Shown here: one piece after another, positions 39,316-52,144 of the stretch
Position numbering within the stretch: position 1 is the stretch's first letter
How the letters are laid out: the number at the start of each line of letters is the position of its first letter
NCBI GenBank assembly: GCA_963702435.1
Contig: CAVPCR010000002.1
Location: 352,001 to 416,000, forward strand
Source: Candidatus Eiseniibacteriota bacterium
Lineage (GTDB): Bacteria > Eisenbacteria > RBG-16-71-46 > CAVPCR01
Direction of reading: 5' to 3'
DNA: 64,000 nucleotides
Program-made: the position numbers and the translations under genes
The notes under the pieces: model-generated
The model's database searches: none
Told to the model about the DNA's origin: nothing
Seen by the model: the letters and a program-made list of their open reading frames with translations, nothing else

Positions 39316-40842
39316 TCAGAACCGGAAGATCGCGACGAACTGGATCTGATCCGCGCTCCCCGAGCTCCCGTCCTTGTTCTCCCGCGTTCCGTAGATGTAC
39401 TCGCCGCCGACGTCGATGCGCTTGATCGGCGAGAAGACGAGATTGGCGCAGAGGCGGTTGGTCCGGTGATAGGAGTCGGGCGCCTGGAAATCGGTGTTCT
39501 CCACGTTGACGAATCCCCAGATGAAGGATGAGCGGACGTTGTGCTGGCGCCAGCGCTCCCAGAACCACCACTTGTGCTGGAAGTCCACGTAGAAACCGGT
39601 GGCCGGCAGGGCCTCGAGCGCCCCCGTCGTCGAGTCGAAGACGGCATCCTGGCCGCCGAGCGAGTTGAGGTCGTTCAAGTAGCGGGCGTTGCCAGCGCCC
39701 GTGTTGAACTGGAAGACCACCCGGTTCTCGAGCGGTGCATGCCGGAGCGGAACCACGCCGCTCACCCCCAGCCCCCAGGCGAAGTCGTTCTTCACGTTGC
39801 CCGGATCGAGGTCCGACTCGCCGCGGATCTCGCGGAAGACGAGCGCCCCCTGGAGGTGCGCATCCTCCGCGTATTCCCAGACCGCGCGGGCGATGAGATC
39901 GGGAATCACATTCACGCCCTCGCCCCCGGTGATGGACACCGCCGGGGTCTCGGCGGCGACCGCGGTGCGGAGATCCTCCCGCGGCTTCCACCAGTAGCGG
40001 ATGAGGGCCTGCCGGATCACGTTCTCGGCGTTGATGCCCTCGAAGTCGATATCCCCGGGGTTGGTCTCGGGATCGGAGAACGTGGACCAGGTCTGGCCGA
40101 CGATGAATCCGTGATACTGCGCGTAGGCGTGACGGAGGCGGAACGCCCGGTTGCTGCCGGCGAAGTCGCCCTCGATGAACGCCCGCATCTGCCCGGCGCC
40201 GGTCGGGGTGCGGACCTCGAGGTTGAAGCGGCTCGCATTGGCGTTGAAGCTCGTGCGCGCCCCCTTCCCCGCCTCCGGCGTGCCCTCGACCGGGATCGAG
40301 TTGGTCAGGAAGCGATCTTCCGACCCGAGCGGGCCGAGCGTGAACACGGCGGCGGTGCGGATGCGCCCCCCGAACTTGATCGCGGCGTCGGTGCCCGGGA
40401 TCCGGATCGAGCCCGGGAAGTCGCCGGCCGAGACCACGTCGGGCGGCAGTTCGGGAACCTCGTCGGTCGACTTCTCGATGCGCTTCAGACGCTCCTCGAA
40501 CTCCTTCTGCCCCTCGACGGTCGGGATCTCGCCCTGGAGTTCCTCGAGGCGCCGGTTCAGGGAGGCGAGGACCTGCTCCTGGGCGGCGAGCTGCTTCCTG
40601 AGCTCATCGATGGCTACGTCCTGCTCGGCGCTCTTCTTCACCTCTTCGGCGAGCCGGTCCGCCTGGGCCGCGATGACGATCTGCTGCTCCTCGATCTGGC
40701 GGCGGAGATCGGCGATAGTCCGCGCAGGAGCGGACTTCGTCGCCTTCGGCTGGGCCGGCGTCTCCGGCTTCTCCTGGGCCGCCGCAAGCAGGGGGAGACC
40801 CAGGACGAGGAGCACGATCCCCGTGCCGAGGAGGCGGTTCAA
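39316..40842 (-). CDS. DcaP-like trimeric porin with N-terminal coiled coil
   Basis: TTG start overlapping the mscS stop; signal peptide, coiled coil, FPGSIRIPGTD, RAFIEGDF, FRLRHAY, GQTWSTFSD, C-terminal Phe. Confidence 0.82.
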   Translation of the reverse strand: MNRLLGTGIVLLVLGLPLLAAAQEKPETPAQPKATKSAPARTIADLRRQIEEQQIVIAAQADRLAEEVKKSAEQDVAIDELRKQLAAQEQVLASLNRRLEELQGEIPTVEGQKEFEERLKRIEKSTDEVPELPPDVVSAGDFPGSIRIPGTDAAIKFGGRIRTAAVFTLGPLGSEDRFLTNSIPVEGTPEAGKGARTSFNANASRFNLEVRTPTGAGQMRAFIEGDFAGSNRAFRLRHAYAQYHGFIVGQTWSTFSDPETNPGDIDFEGINAENVIRQALIRYWWKPREDLRTAVAAETPAVSITGGEGVNVIPDLIARAVWEYAEDAHLQGALVFREIRGESDLDPGNVKNDFAWGLGVSGVVPLRHAPLENRVVFQFNTGAGNARYLNDLNSLGGQDAVFDSTTGALEALPATGFYVDFQHKWWFWERWRQHNVRSSFIWGFVNVENTDFQAPDSYHRTNRLCANLVFSPIKRIDVGGEYIYGTRENKDGSSGSADQIQFVAIFRF

Positions 40843-42634
40843 GGGGTGTGGCCCTCCCCGGCGCCGGGCTCCCTGACGGCGGGCGCCTCGTACCAGCGAT
40901 CCTTCGGCACGAAGACCGGCGCGGGCGGATCCGACTCGTAGTGCGGCGACAGGATCTGCACGCCGTGCTCGTTGAAGGCGTCCTGGATACTGGCATGGAG
41001 CGCTGCCAGCGTGCGGATCCGGGTCTCGGGCTTCTCGAGGTAGGCGTTGACCGTGTACTCGACGAAGAAATCGGTGAGGGCGAGCTGCAGGACGAAGGGC
41101 GGCGGCGTCTTCTTGAGGCCCGGCGTGCGGTCGGCCGCCGCGAGCAACATGGCGTGCACCTGCCGCCATGGGGTTCCGTAGCCGATCGTCACCGAGGTCC
41201 CGGTGATCACCCCGTGCTCGCCCGCGGCGATCGAGTAGTTCTTGGTCTCGTGCCCGAGAACGACGGTGTTGGGGATGGCCACGTCCTCCTTCCGGTTGGT
41301 GAGGATCTTGGTGGCGAAGAGCCCGATCGCGGTCACGACACCCTCGACGTCCCCGACGCGAACGTAGTCGCCGACCCGCATCGTCCGCGAATAGATGATC
41401 ATGAAGCCGGAGAGGATCTGGCCGATGAAGGTGCTCGAGCCGAGCGAGAGCATGAGACCGGCGATCACCGACACACCCTGGAAGGCGGCGCTCGACGAGC
41501 CGGGAATGTACGGATACGCGAGGGCGAGCGCGAAGAGCCAGAGCAAGACCGAGGCGATCCGCCGGCTGGCCGATATGGTGTCGGGATGCAGGGCCTTGAC
41601 CTTGGCCCTCCCCGCGCCACCGAATCGCAGTAGACATTGAGGACCCGCTGCGCCCAGCGCGCCACGAGGAAGATCAGGGTGACGACGGCGAGGCCCGGCA
41701 GGGCCGCGACCGCGGCCCGCACGACGCGCGCGAAGAGCGCGGCGAGCTGCGAGCCGAGGATCTCGCCCCAGAGCCGCGTGTAGGGGAACTGATGAAGGAC
41801 GAAGGTGAGCCAGCCGTAGGCCAGGATCAGGAGGACCGCCCACTTCACGATCAGGAGGAGCCACCGGATCAGGATCGCGATCTGATCGAGGCCGGGCGTG
41901 GGCAGCCCGCTCGCCTTGACCGGTTGCACCCGCGCGGCAGCAAAGGTCTCGAGCCGCCGCCTCGCCCAGGCAAGGGGCCGCCGGATGAGGAAGGCGAGGG
42001 CCACGACGACGAGCGTCGCCAGTGCGGCCCGGGCGAGGGCCCGCAGGAGTCGCGGCAGGTTGCGCCCCTCGCGGACCTCGGCGAGGGCCACCTCGAGCCT
42101 GGCCTGGGTGGCGTCGCGGAGCCCCGGCAGCGTCTCGCCGACGCTCACATCCACATCGCCGTGGAGGATGCGGAAGATCGGCGTGCCGCCGAGCTCGAAC
42201 AAGACGCCTTCCGGGGTGGGGCGCGTCGTCACCGGACCGAACACGCCCCGCGCGAGGAGACCCTGGATCTGACGATCGGCCGCCTCCGCCCGCAGCTGCG
42301 GCGAGTAACCCATGATGGTGGCGTGGAATCGGATGATGGGGCGGTTGGCGACGGCGACCTCGGCGACATCCGGTGCCGATGCCGGCGCCTGCATGCCGCC
42401 CGGGAGCACGCGATCGAGAAACCCGGGGGCCGGGGTCGGGAGGACCGGACCCGGAGCGACGAGCGCGGCGGCCGCCAGGGATTCGGGCGCGGCGGCCACC
42501 GGGGATCCGGCGGCGATGGCCACGCCTGTCGAGTCCTGAGCCCCGGCCGCCGCCGGGAGGAGCGGAGCGCATGAGAGCAATGACGCAAGAGCCCTGACCA
42601 GGAGCAGCTTCTTCACGGCAAGCGGTGTTGGCAT
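40839..42634 (-). CDS. MscS family mechanosensitive channel with periplasmic N-domain (frameshift at ~41610)
   Basis: N-terminal part in the 41465..42949 frame (signal peptide, TMs, FPYTRLWG); C-terminal part in another frame (YPYIPGSSSAAFQG, VGDYVRVGDVEG, IPN, IGYGTPWRQV, ILSPHY). The shift falls in a GGGGAGGG run. Confidence 0.85.
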
Positions 42635-42767
42635 GGCAGGCGAACCTCCCCTCGTCCTCGAAACCGGCGGCGGGCAGTGTAGCCCCGCGCGGCCGGGGGA
42701 GCAATGGCAAGGGCCGGCGCGCGTCCTGCGCACCGGCCCCTGCGTTCGCTTGGCGAAGGAGATCTCG

Positions 42768-45821
<3,054 letters not shown>

Positions 45822-45833
45822 CGCGGTCACCTC

Positions 45834-46259
45834 CTACTTCGTCTCGTCCGCCGGGGCGGGGCTTGGGTTGGATGCGGGCGCCGGGAGCGGGGCCGGCGCG
45901 CCAGCGCGCAGGGCATCGAGCTTGGCCTGTTCGGTCGCGGTCAGGCCAGCGGGGCCCGCGACGATGGTCGATACCTGTGGACCCTTCTCGACCGCCGGGG
46001 GCCGGACCGGAAGCGGAGCGACCGGGGCGGCGTCGCCGGACGGCATGGTTCCGCCCAGGGCGAGAGCCGCGCGGGCCGCCGCCGCGAGAGCCAAGGCCTC
46101 GAGCTTCGCTGTCTCGGCCGCCGTCGGGCTGGCCGGGCCGGGCTCGACGGTGAAGACGGGAGCCTCCTTCTCCCCCTGCGGAGCTGCGAGGAGCGGCGAG
46201 CTGCCGGCCAGGAGAGTGGCGCCGAGCAGGATCAGGCCGGTGCGACGAGGAAATGACAT
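45834..46259 (-). CDS. Small secreted Ala/Pro-rich protein with an internal duplicated motif
   Basis: GGAGG RBS + ATG 46259; signal peptide; GPASPTAAETAKLEAL and GPAGLTATEQAKLDAL; its stop overlaps the protease RBS. Confidence 0.7.
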   Translation of the reverse strand: MSFPRRTGLILLGATLLAGSSPLLAAPQGEKEAPVFTVEPGPASPTAAETAKLEALALAAAARAALALGGTMPSGDAAPVAPLPVRPPAVEKGPQVSTIVAGPAGLTATEQAKLDALRAGAPAPLPAPASNPSPAPADETK

Positions 46260-46603
46260 GAACCCTCCCTGGGCGTCGTGAGCGACGACGCGATGTCTCC
46301 CGCATCCCGTACTGGCGGGATGCCGGGGGGAACGAGACGTATGCGGTGGGGACAGCGGGGCCGTCCGGGACATGAGGTGGAGGGGCCGCAGGGTCCGGGG
46401 GGACTCGCGAGCCCGCTTCATCCTAACGCCATCGCCCGCGAGCCGTGAACAAGAATCAGCCGCCACGCCAGTCCTCGCGTCCGCGCGGGACTACCAGCGC
46501 CACTCCCCGCTTGCGCTCCGAGCGGCCACGTTCTAGCCTCTCGGCGCATCCCCCCGGTCTAGATAACTCGCCACGGCGCAATCGCCTACAAGGGGCGCAC
46601 CCG

Positions 46604-49600
46604 GTGCTGCTGCTCGGACTCGACATAGGAGCCATCAGCCTGAAGGCCGCCCTCCTGGGGACCGGAGACGATCAGGAGCGCGCGGCGGCGTTCGCGGGCT
46701 CCTCCGGGCTCTGGCATCCGGCTCCGCTCTGGATGCACATCGCCGGGGGGCCGGCTGGCATGAGCGTCGCGGCCACCCGGCGCCTCCGGGGGCGCCCCCT
46801 CGAGGCGACCCGCGATCTCCTGGCGGCGATCCTCGCCGAGATCCCCTCCGGGTGCCTCGACGGAGTGCGCGTCACGGGGGCCGGCGCCGCGCTCGTCGCG
46901 GAGGCCGCCGGCTTCGCCACGGAGAACGAGTTCCGCGCCCTCACCGCGGCCACCCAGGCCGTCGCCCCGGCGACCCGCACCCTCGTCGAGATCGGCGGCG
47001 AGACCTCGAAGATGCTCGTCTTCGCCGCGGATACGCAGTCGGGCGAGCTCTCGATCGCCGACTACCGGACCAACGGCGACTGCGCCGCCGGGACCGGCTC
47101 CTTCCTCGATCAGCAGGCCGGCCGCCTCCGCTACGAGATCGAGGAGGTCGGGGGCATAGCGAGCGCGAGCGAGCGCGCGGCCAAGATCGCCGGGCGCTGC
47201 TCGGTCTTCGCGAAGAGCGACATGATCCACGCCCAGCAGAAGGGATACCTGCCGCCCGAGGTGCTGCGCGGGCTCTGCGAGACGGTGGCGCGGAACTTCA
47301 ACGCGGCGGTCGCCCGGGACCACAAGCCGCACCCGCCGGTCCTCTTCGTGGGCGGAGTCGCCGCCAACGAGATGGTGGTCGCCGGGCTCCGCCATGAGTT
47401 CGCGCTCGGCGATGACCTGACCGTCCCGGCGCACCACGACGCACACGCCGCGATCGGGGCGGCTCTCCGCGAGGCGGCGGCCGGCGCGCACCGGAGCTTC
47501 TCGCGCGCCGATCTCGCGGGCATGCGCTCCGACCTCGCCCGCCATCCCGCGCTCGCGCCGGCTCACGCTCGACCAGGTCGTGAACCTCCGCGACCGCCTG
47601 CATCCGTTCGAGCTCCCGGAGAGCGGCGCCCCGGTCGAGGTCACGCTCGGCATCGACATCGGCTCGGTATCGACGAACGTGGTGCTCCTCGATCGCGCGG
47701 GCCGCGTCGTCCGCGAGATCTACACCCGCACCCAGGCCCGTCCGGTCGAGGTGGTGACCGCCGCCCTCGCCGAGCTCTCGGCCGAGCTCGGCCGACGCGT
47801 GATCGTGCGCGCCGTCGGCACCACCGGCTCGGGTCGCGAGCTGATCGGCGAGCTCGTCGGGGCCGACACCATCAACGACGAGATCACGGCACACAAGACC
47901 GGCGCCACCTTCATCGCACGCACCATGCTCGACGCCGAGGTCAACACGATCTTCGAGATCGGCGGCCAGGACGCGAAGTACATCCGCATCGAGGACGGCG
48001 TGGTGGTCGATTTCGCGATGAACGAGGCCTGCGCCGCCGGCACCGGCATCGCTTCCTCGAGGAGCGGGCCGAGGAGCTCGGCGTCTGCATCAAGGACGAG
48101 TTCGCGTCCGCGCGCCCTCGCCTCCGCCGCACCCGGTGCGTCTCGGCGAACGCTGCACCGTGTTCATGGAGCGTGACGTCAACGCCTACCAGCAGCGCGG
48201 AGCGGCGACCGACGACCTCCTGGCCGGACTCGCCCTGTCGGTGGCCACGAACTACATGAACCGGGTCGTCCGCGATCGGAAGATCGACGGCACGATCTTC
48301 TTCCAGGGCGGCACCGCGTACAACGATGCGGTGGCCGCCGCATTCGCCGCCCTTCTCGATCGCGAGATCATCGTCCCGCCGTACAACGGGGTCGATCGGC
48401 GCCGTGGGCGCCGCCCTCCTCGCCTGGGAGAAGGCGCCCCAGCTCACCGGCGGCACTCGTTTCCGGGGCTTCGACCTGGGCCAGGTCGACTACCGGATCC
48501 GCGAGTTCACCTGCCGCGCCTGCGAGAATCTCTGCGCGATGCAGGAGTTCCGGGTCGAGGGCGAGAAGACCTACTGGGGCGACCAGTGCGGCGAGCGCTA
48601 TCGCCGCCGCGCCAAGGTCGAGCACAAGCCGGTGATTCGCGGATCTCTTGAAGCTCCGGAAGGAATGGCTCCTCGCGGATCACGACGAGGGTCCCGCTCC
48701 GGAACAGGCGCCGGCCGCCGGCCGCCGGGCGACGGTCGCCTTCCCGCGCGCCCTCTACTTCCACGATCGCTTCCCCTACTGGAACGCCTTCTTCCGCGCG
48801 CTCCGCTTCGATGTCCGCCTCGGACCCGAGTCCAACCGCGCGCTCGCCCACGACGGCATCGAGGCGGCGGTCGCCGAGCCCTGCTTTCCGATCCAGATCG
48901 CGCACGGCCACGTCAAGGCGGCGCTCGCCATCCAAGACGCCGACTTCGTCTTCGTCCCCAACTACGTGAACGCCGAGGCCGTCGACGAGTCGATCCAGAG
49001 CTTCTTCTGCCCCTGGGTGATGACGCTCCCCTTCGTCATCTCGGCGGCGCCCGCCTTCGCGGCGGAGTCCGCGCGGATCGTGCATCCGCTCATCCGCTTC
49101 CGCGGCGGACCCCGCGCCCTCGTCGGCCCGCTCCACGACGCGCTCCGGCCGTATGGCGTCACCCGGCGCGAGATCGCGCCCGCGCTCACCGCCGGCGAGG
49201 CGGCCCTCGCCGACTTCCGCCGCCGGATCCGCGTGGCCGGGGCCGACGCGCTCGCGACGCTTGCCTCGACGCGCGAGCCCGCCGTTGTCCTCATCGGGCG
49301 CCCCTACAACCTCTTCGATCCGATCGTCAACCTGGACGTCCCGCGGAAGCTCCGCGATCTCTACGGCGTGAACGTCGTGCCGCTCGAGTTCCTGGCCGAC
49401 GACGACCAGGTGATCGAGGAGATCAACGCCAACATGTTCTGGAGTTACGGGCGGCGGATCCTCGCCGCCTGCCGCGAGGCGGCACGTCACTCCGATCTCC
49501 ATCTCATCTACATCACGAACTTCAAGTGCGGGCCCGACTCCTACATCAAGCACTTCGTGCGGGACGCCTTCGGGCGCGCCTTCCTCACGCTCCAGTTCGA

Positions 49601-49892
49601 CGGCCACGCCAACGACGCCGGCATGCTGACGCGGGTCGAGGCCTACCTCGACAGCCAGGGCTTCCTCCGGCGGGCGAAGCCGACCGCGGCGGACTTGGCG
49701 GCGGCGGACACCCCGGCGCCGGCGCCCTGGGTCGCGGGAGTCACTTTCTCCGATGAGACCGCCGCCGAGCTCGACGCGGGCGCGGAAGGCAAGGACACCG
49801 CGGACACCGATGAGGCTCCCGCTGCACCCGCGCCGCCGCGAACCCGGCGCCCGACACGCGCTCCTGAGCGGAGCGAGGTCGACGCTCGATGA
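46604..49892 (+). CDS. 2-hydroxyacyl-CoA dehydratase activase (two BadF/BadG/BcrA/BcrD ASKHA domains + DUF2229-like), multiply frameshifted
   Basis: LGLDIGAIS, EIGGETSK, CAAGTGSFLDQQA, RCSVFAKSDMIH; second copy LGIDIGSVSTN, EIGGQDAK, MNEACAAGTG, RCTVFME; CRACENLC...C; PCFPIQIAHGH, GRPYN, FKCGPD. Frame switches near 47561, 48050, 48110, 48134, 48393 and 48640. Confidence 0.82.
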
Positions 49893-51205
49893 GCGCACCG
49901 GTCGCGGGCCCGGCCCGCTCGAACCACCGCGCCGCGAGCGGCCCTCCGCTCAAGGAGCGGGCGCTCTACGTGCCGCGCATGAGCGCGGAGCTCGGCCGCC
50001 TGCTTCACGGCGGCGCTCCGCGCCGCCGGCCTCGATGCCCGCCCCTTCCCCGAGTCGGACGCCGAGACGCTCGACCTCGGCGGTCGTTACACCTCCGGCG
50101 AGGAGTGCTTCCCCGAGCGCTTGACGCTCGGCGATGCGCTCAAGATCGTCCTCGCCCCCGACGCGCGCCCGGAGCGGGTCGCCTTCTTCATGCCGCTCGC
50201 CCCCGGGCCGTGCCGCTTCGGGCAGTACGCACCCTTCCTCCGCCGCGTCCTCGACTCGGTGGGCGCCACCGACGCGATGATCGTCTCGCCCTCGAGCGCC
50301 GCCGGCTACGGCGCCTTCGGGGCCGAGATGAAGGGGCTGCAGCGCGCGGCCTGGCGCGCCCTCGTCGTCGCCGACCTCTTGCGGAAAGCGCTCCTCCGCG
50401 TGCGCCCGTACGAGACCGAGCGCGGCGCGGCCGACGCGGCGCACGACGCGGCGCTCGGCGCCGTGTGCGCCGTGCTCGAGCGTCCGGGCCGGTCCGGGGC
50501 GGAGACGCTGTCGGCGCTCAAGCCGGTGCTGGCGCGGTCCGCCGCGCTCTTTGCGGCGGTTCCGCAGCGCAGCGAGGAGCGGCTCCTGGTCGGCGTCGTC
50601 GGCGAGATCTACTGCCGGCTCAACACGTTCAGCAACGAGGACCTCGTCCGCCGGCTCGAGGAGCAGGGCGGCGAGGCATGGATCTCCGACCTCACCGAGT
50701 GGATCTACTACACGAACCTCGAACAACGCCGGAAGTGGATCCCGTACGCGGGCGAGCGCTGGTCGAAACAGATGCTCGTCGCCTATCTGAAGGAGGTCTA
50801 CCAGCGGAAGCGACGAGCACGCGCTCATCGCGCCCTTCCATGCGCTCTTCCGCGACCGCGAGGAACCGGCGCGCATCGCCGAGCTCACCGCCCTCGCCGA
50901 CCCCTACCTCCCGGCCGAAGGGGTCTACGGCGAGATGGTGCTGAACACCGGGAAGGCGATCTATCTCTGGACCGAAGGGCTGCGACGGCATCATCGATGT
51001 GAGCCCGTTCACGTGCATGAACGGGATCGTGTCCGAGGCCATCTATCCGAAGCTCTCCCGGGATCACGACGGAATCCCGATCCGCACATTCTACTTCGAC
51101 GGCACGCAGTCCCACCTCGACCGCGACCTCGGCATCTTCCTCGAGCTCGCTGCGGGGTACCACCGGCGGAAGCACCCCGCGGCCCCGGACCCCGCCCGGA
51201 CCTGA
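49889..51205 (+). CDS. Partner dehydratase-like (DUF2229/HgdB-related) subunit, frameshifted
   Basis: ATGA overlap; TSGEECFP, GPCRFGQY, VGVVGEIYCR, GEMVLNTG, DVSPFTCMNG, FYFDG. Frame switches near 50000, 50810 and 50975. Confidence 0.75.
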
Positions 51206-51462
51206 GCTGCGCGCCGAGCGCACCTCGTCTTCGCAGTCGCCCGCGTCGAATCCCCCATCACGGGCCGAAACGCCGGGGCGGGGCCCCGCAGTGTCTCGCT
51301 TTGCGACCGCACGCGCGGCGGCGGCACACCTGGCCGCCGCCCGGACCCCTGGCCGACTGGGTCCGCCGTCCGATCCTGCCGATAGGAAACCCTGAGGTTT
51401 TCCCCGCGGTGGGACGGCCACTTGTCCTGCTTTGGTCTGCCGGTGCAAGAGCGAGGCTCCTC

Positions 51463-52059
51463 ATGACTCTTTCCGCAACCACCAAGAAGAAGATCCTCCG
51501 GGTGCGACTGTCGATCAAGGGGCGTCCGATCAAGAGCTACGCGTTCGAGAAGGACGTCGTGACCGCCGGGCGGAGTCCTGATGCCGACATCTTCCTCGAT
51601 AACTCCGGTGTCTCGCGCGAGCACCTGCGAATCGAGATGACAGGCGCGGGTGAGTACCTGGCGATCGACCTGGGCAGCGCCAACGGAACGCTCCTCAACC
51701 AGGAGCCGCTCAAGAAGGCGATCCTGGCCGCGGACGACGTGCTCCAGATCGCCAAGTTCACGCTCTGGATCGGGATCGAGGAGGACCGGCGCTCTGACCT
51801 TGAGCCCGAGCGCCACGAGAACTCCTTTGCGCCCGCCCATGAGGGCACGATGGTGCTCTCGACGGATGAACTCGACCGCATGCTCCAGCGTGCCCGCCAG
51901 GAGCAGGCGCAAGCACCTGCGTGCGACCGCCTGCCGCTCCAGCAGCCGGCGACCCGTGGTGCGGGTCCCGCACGTTCAAACTTCATTCTGGGGATGCTCA
52001 TCGCCTTCTTCCTCGGAGTCCTGACCGGAGCGGGTGCTCTCCGCTTCCTGATGCAGTGA
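51463..52059 (+). CDS. FHA-domain protein with C-terminal TM anchor
   Basis: GAGG RBS + ATG 51463; FHA pThr-binding residues GR (AGRSPD), SxxH (VSREH), NG (SANGT); C-terminal hydrophobic helix. Confidence 0.9.
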   Translation: MTLSATTKKKILRVRLSIKGRPIKSYAFEKDVVTAGRSPDADIFLDNSGVSREHLRIEMTGAGEYLAIDLGSANGTLLNQEPLKKAILAADDVLQIAKFTLWIGIEEDRRSDLEPERHENSFAPAHEGTMVLSTDELDRMLQRARQEQAQAPACDRLPLQQPATRGAGPARSNFILGMLIAFFLGVLTGAGALRFLMQ

Positions 52060-52144
52060 ACCATGCGGGAAGGACTGCCGGCATGACACGGCCTGATCGG
52101 CCGCTCCATACCCGGGTGCTTCGCCCTGTCGCACGCTCTTGCCC

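Noticed and set aside
50935..52059. 374-aa ORF that appears to fuse a dehydratase fragment to the FHA domain
   Set aside because: Artefact of a frameshift in the upstream gene plus an open intergenic frame; the FHA gene has its own RBS and ATG at 51463.
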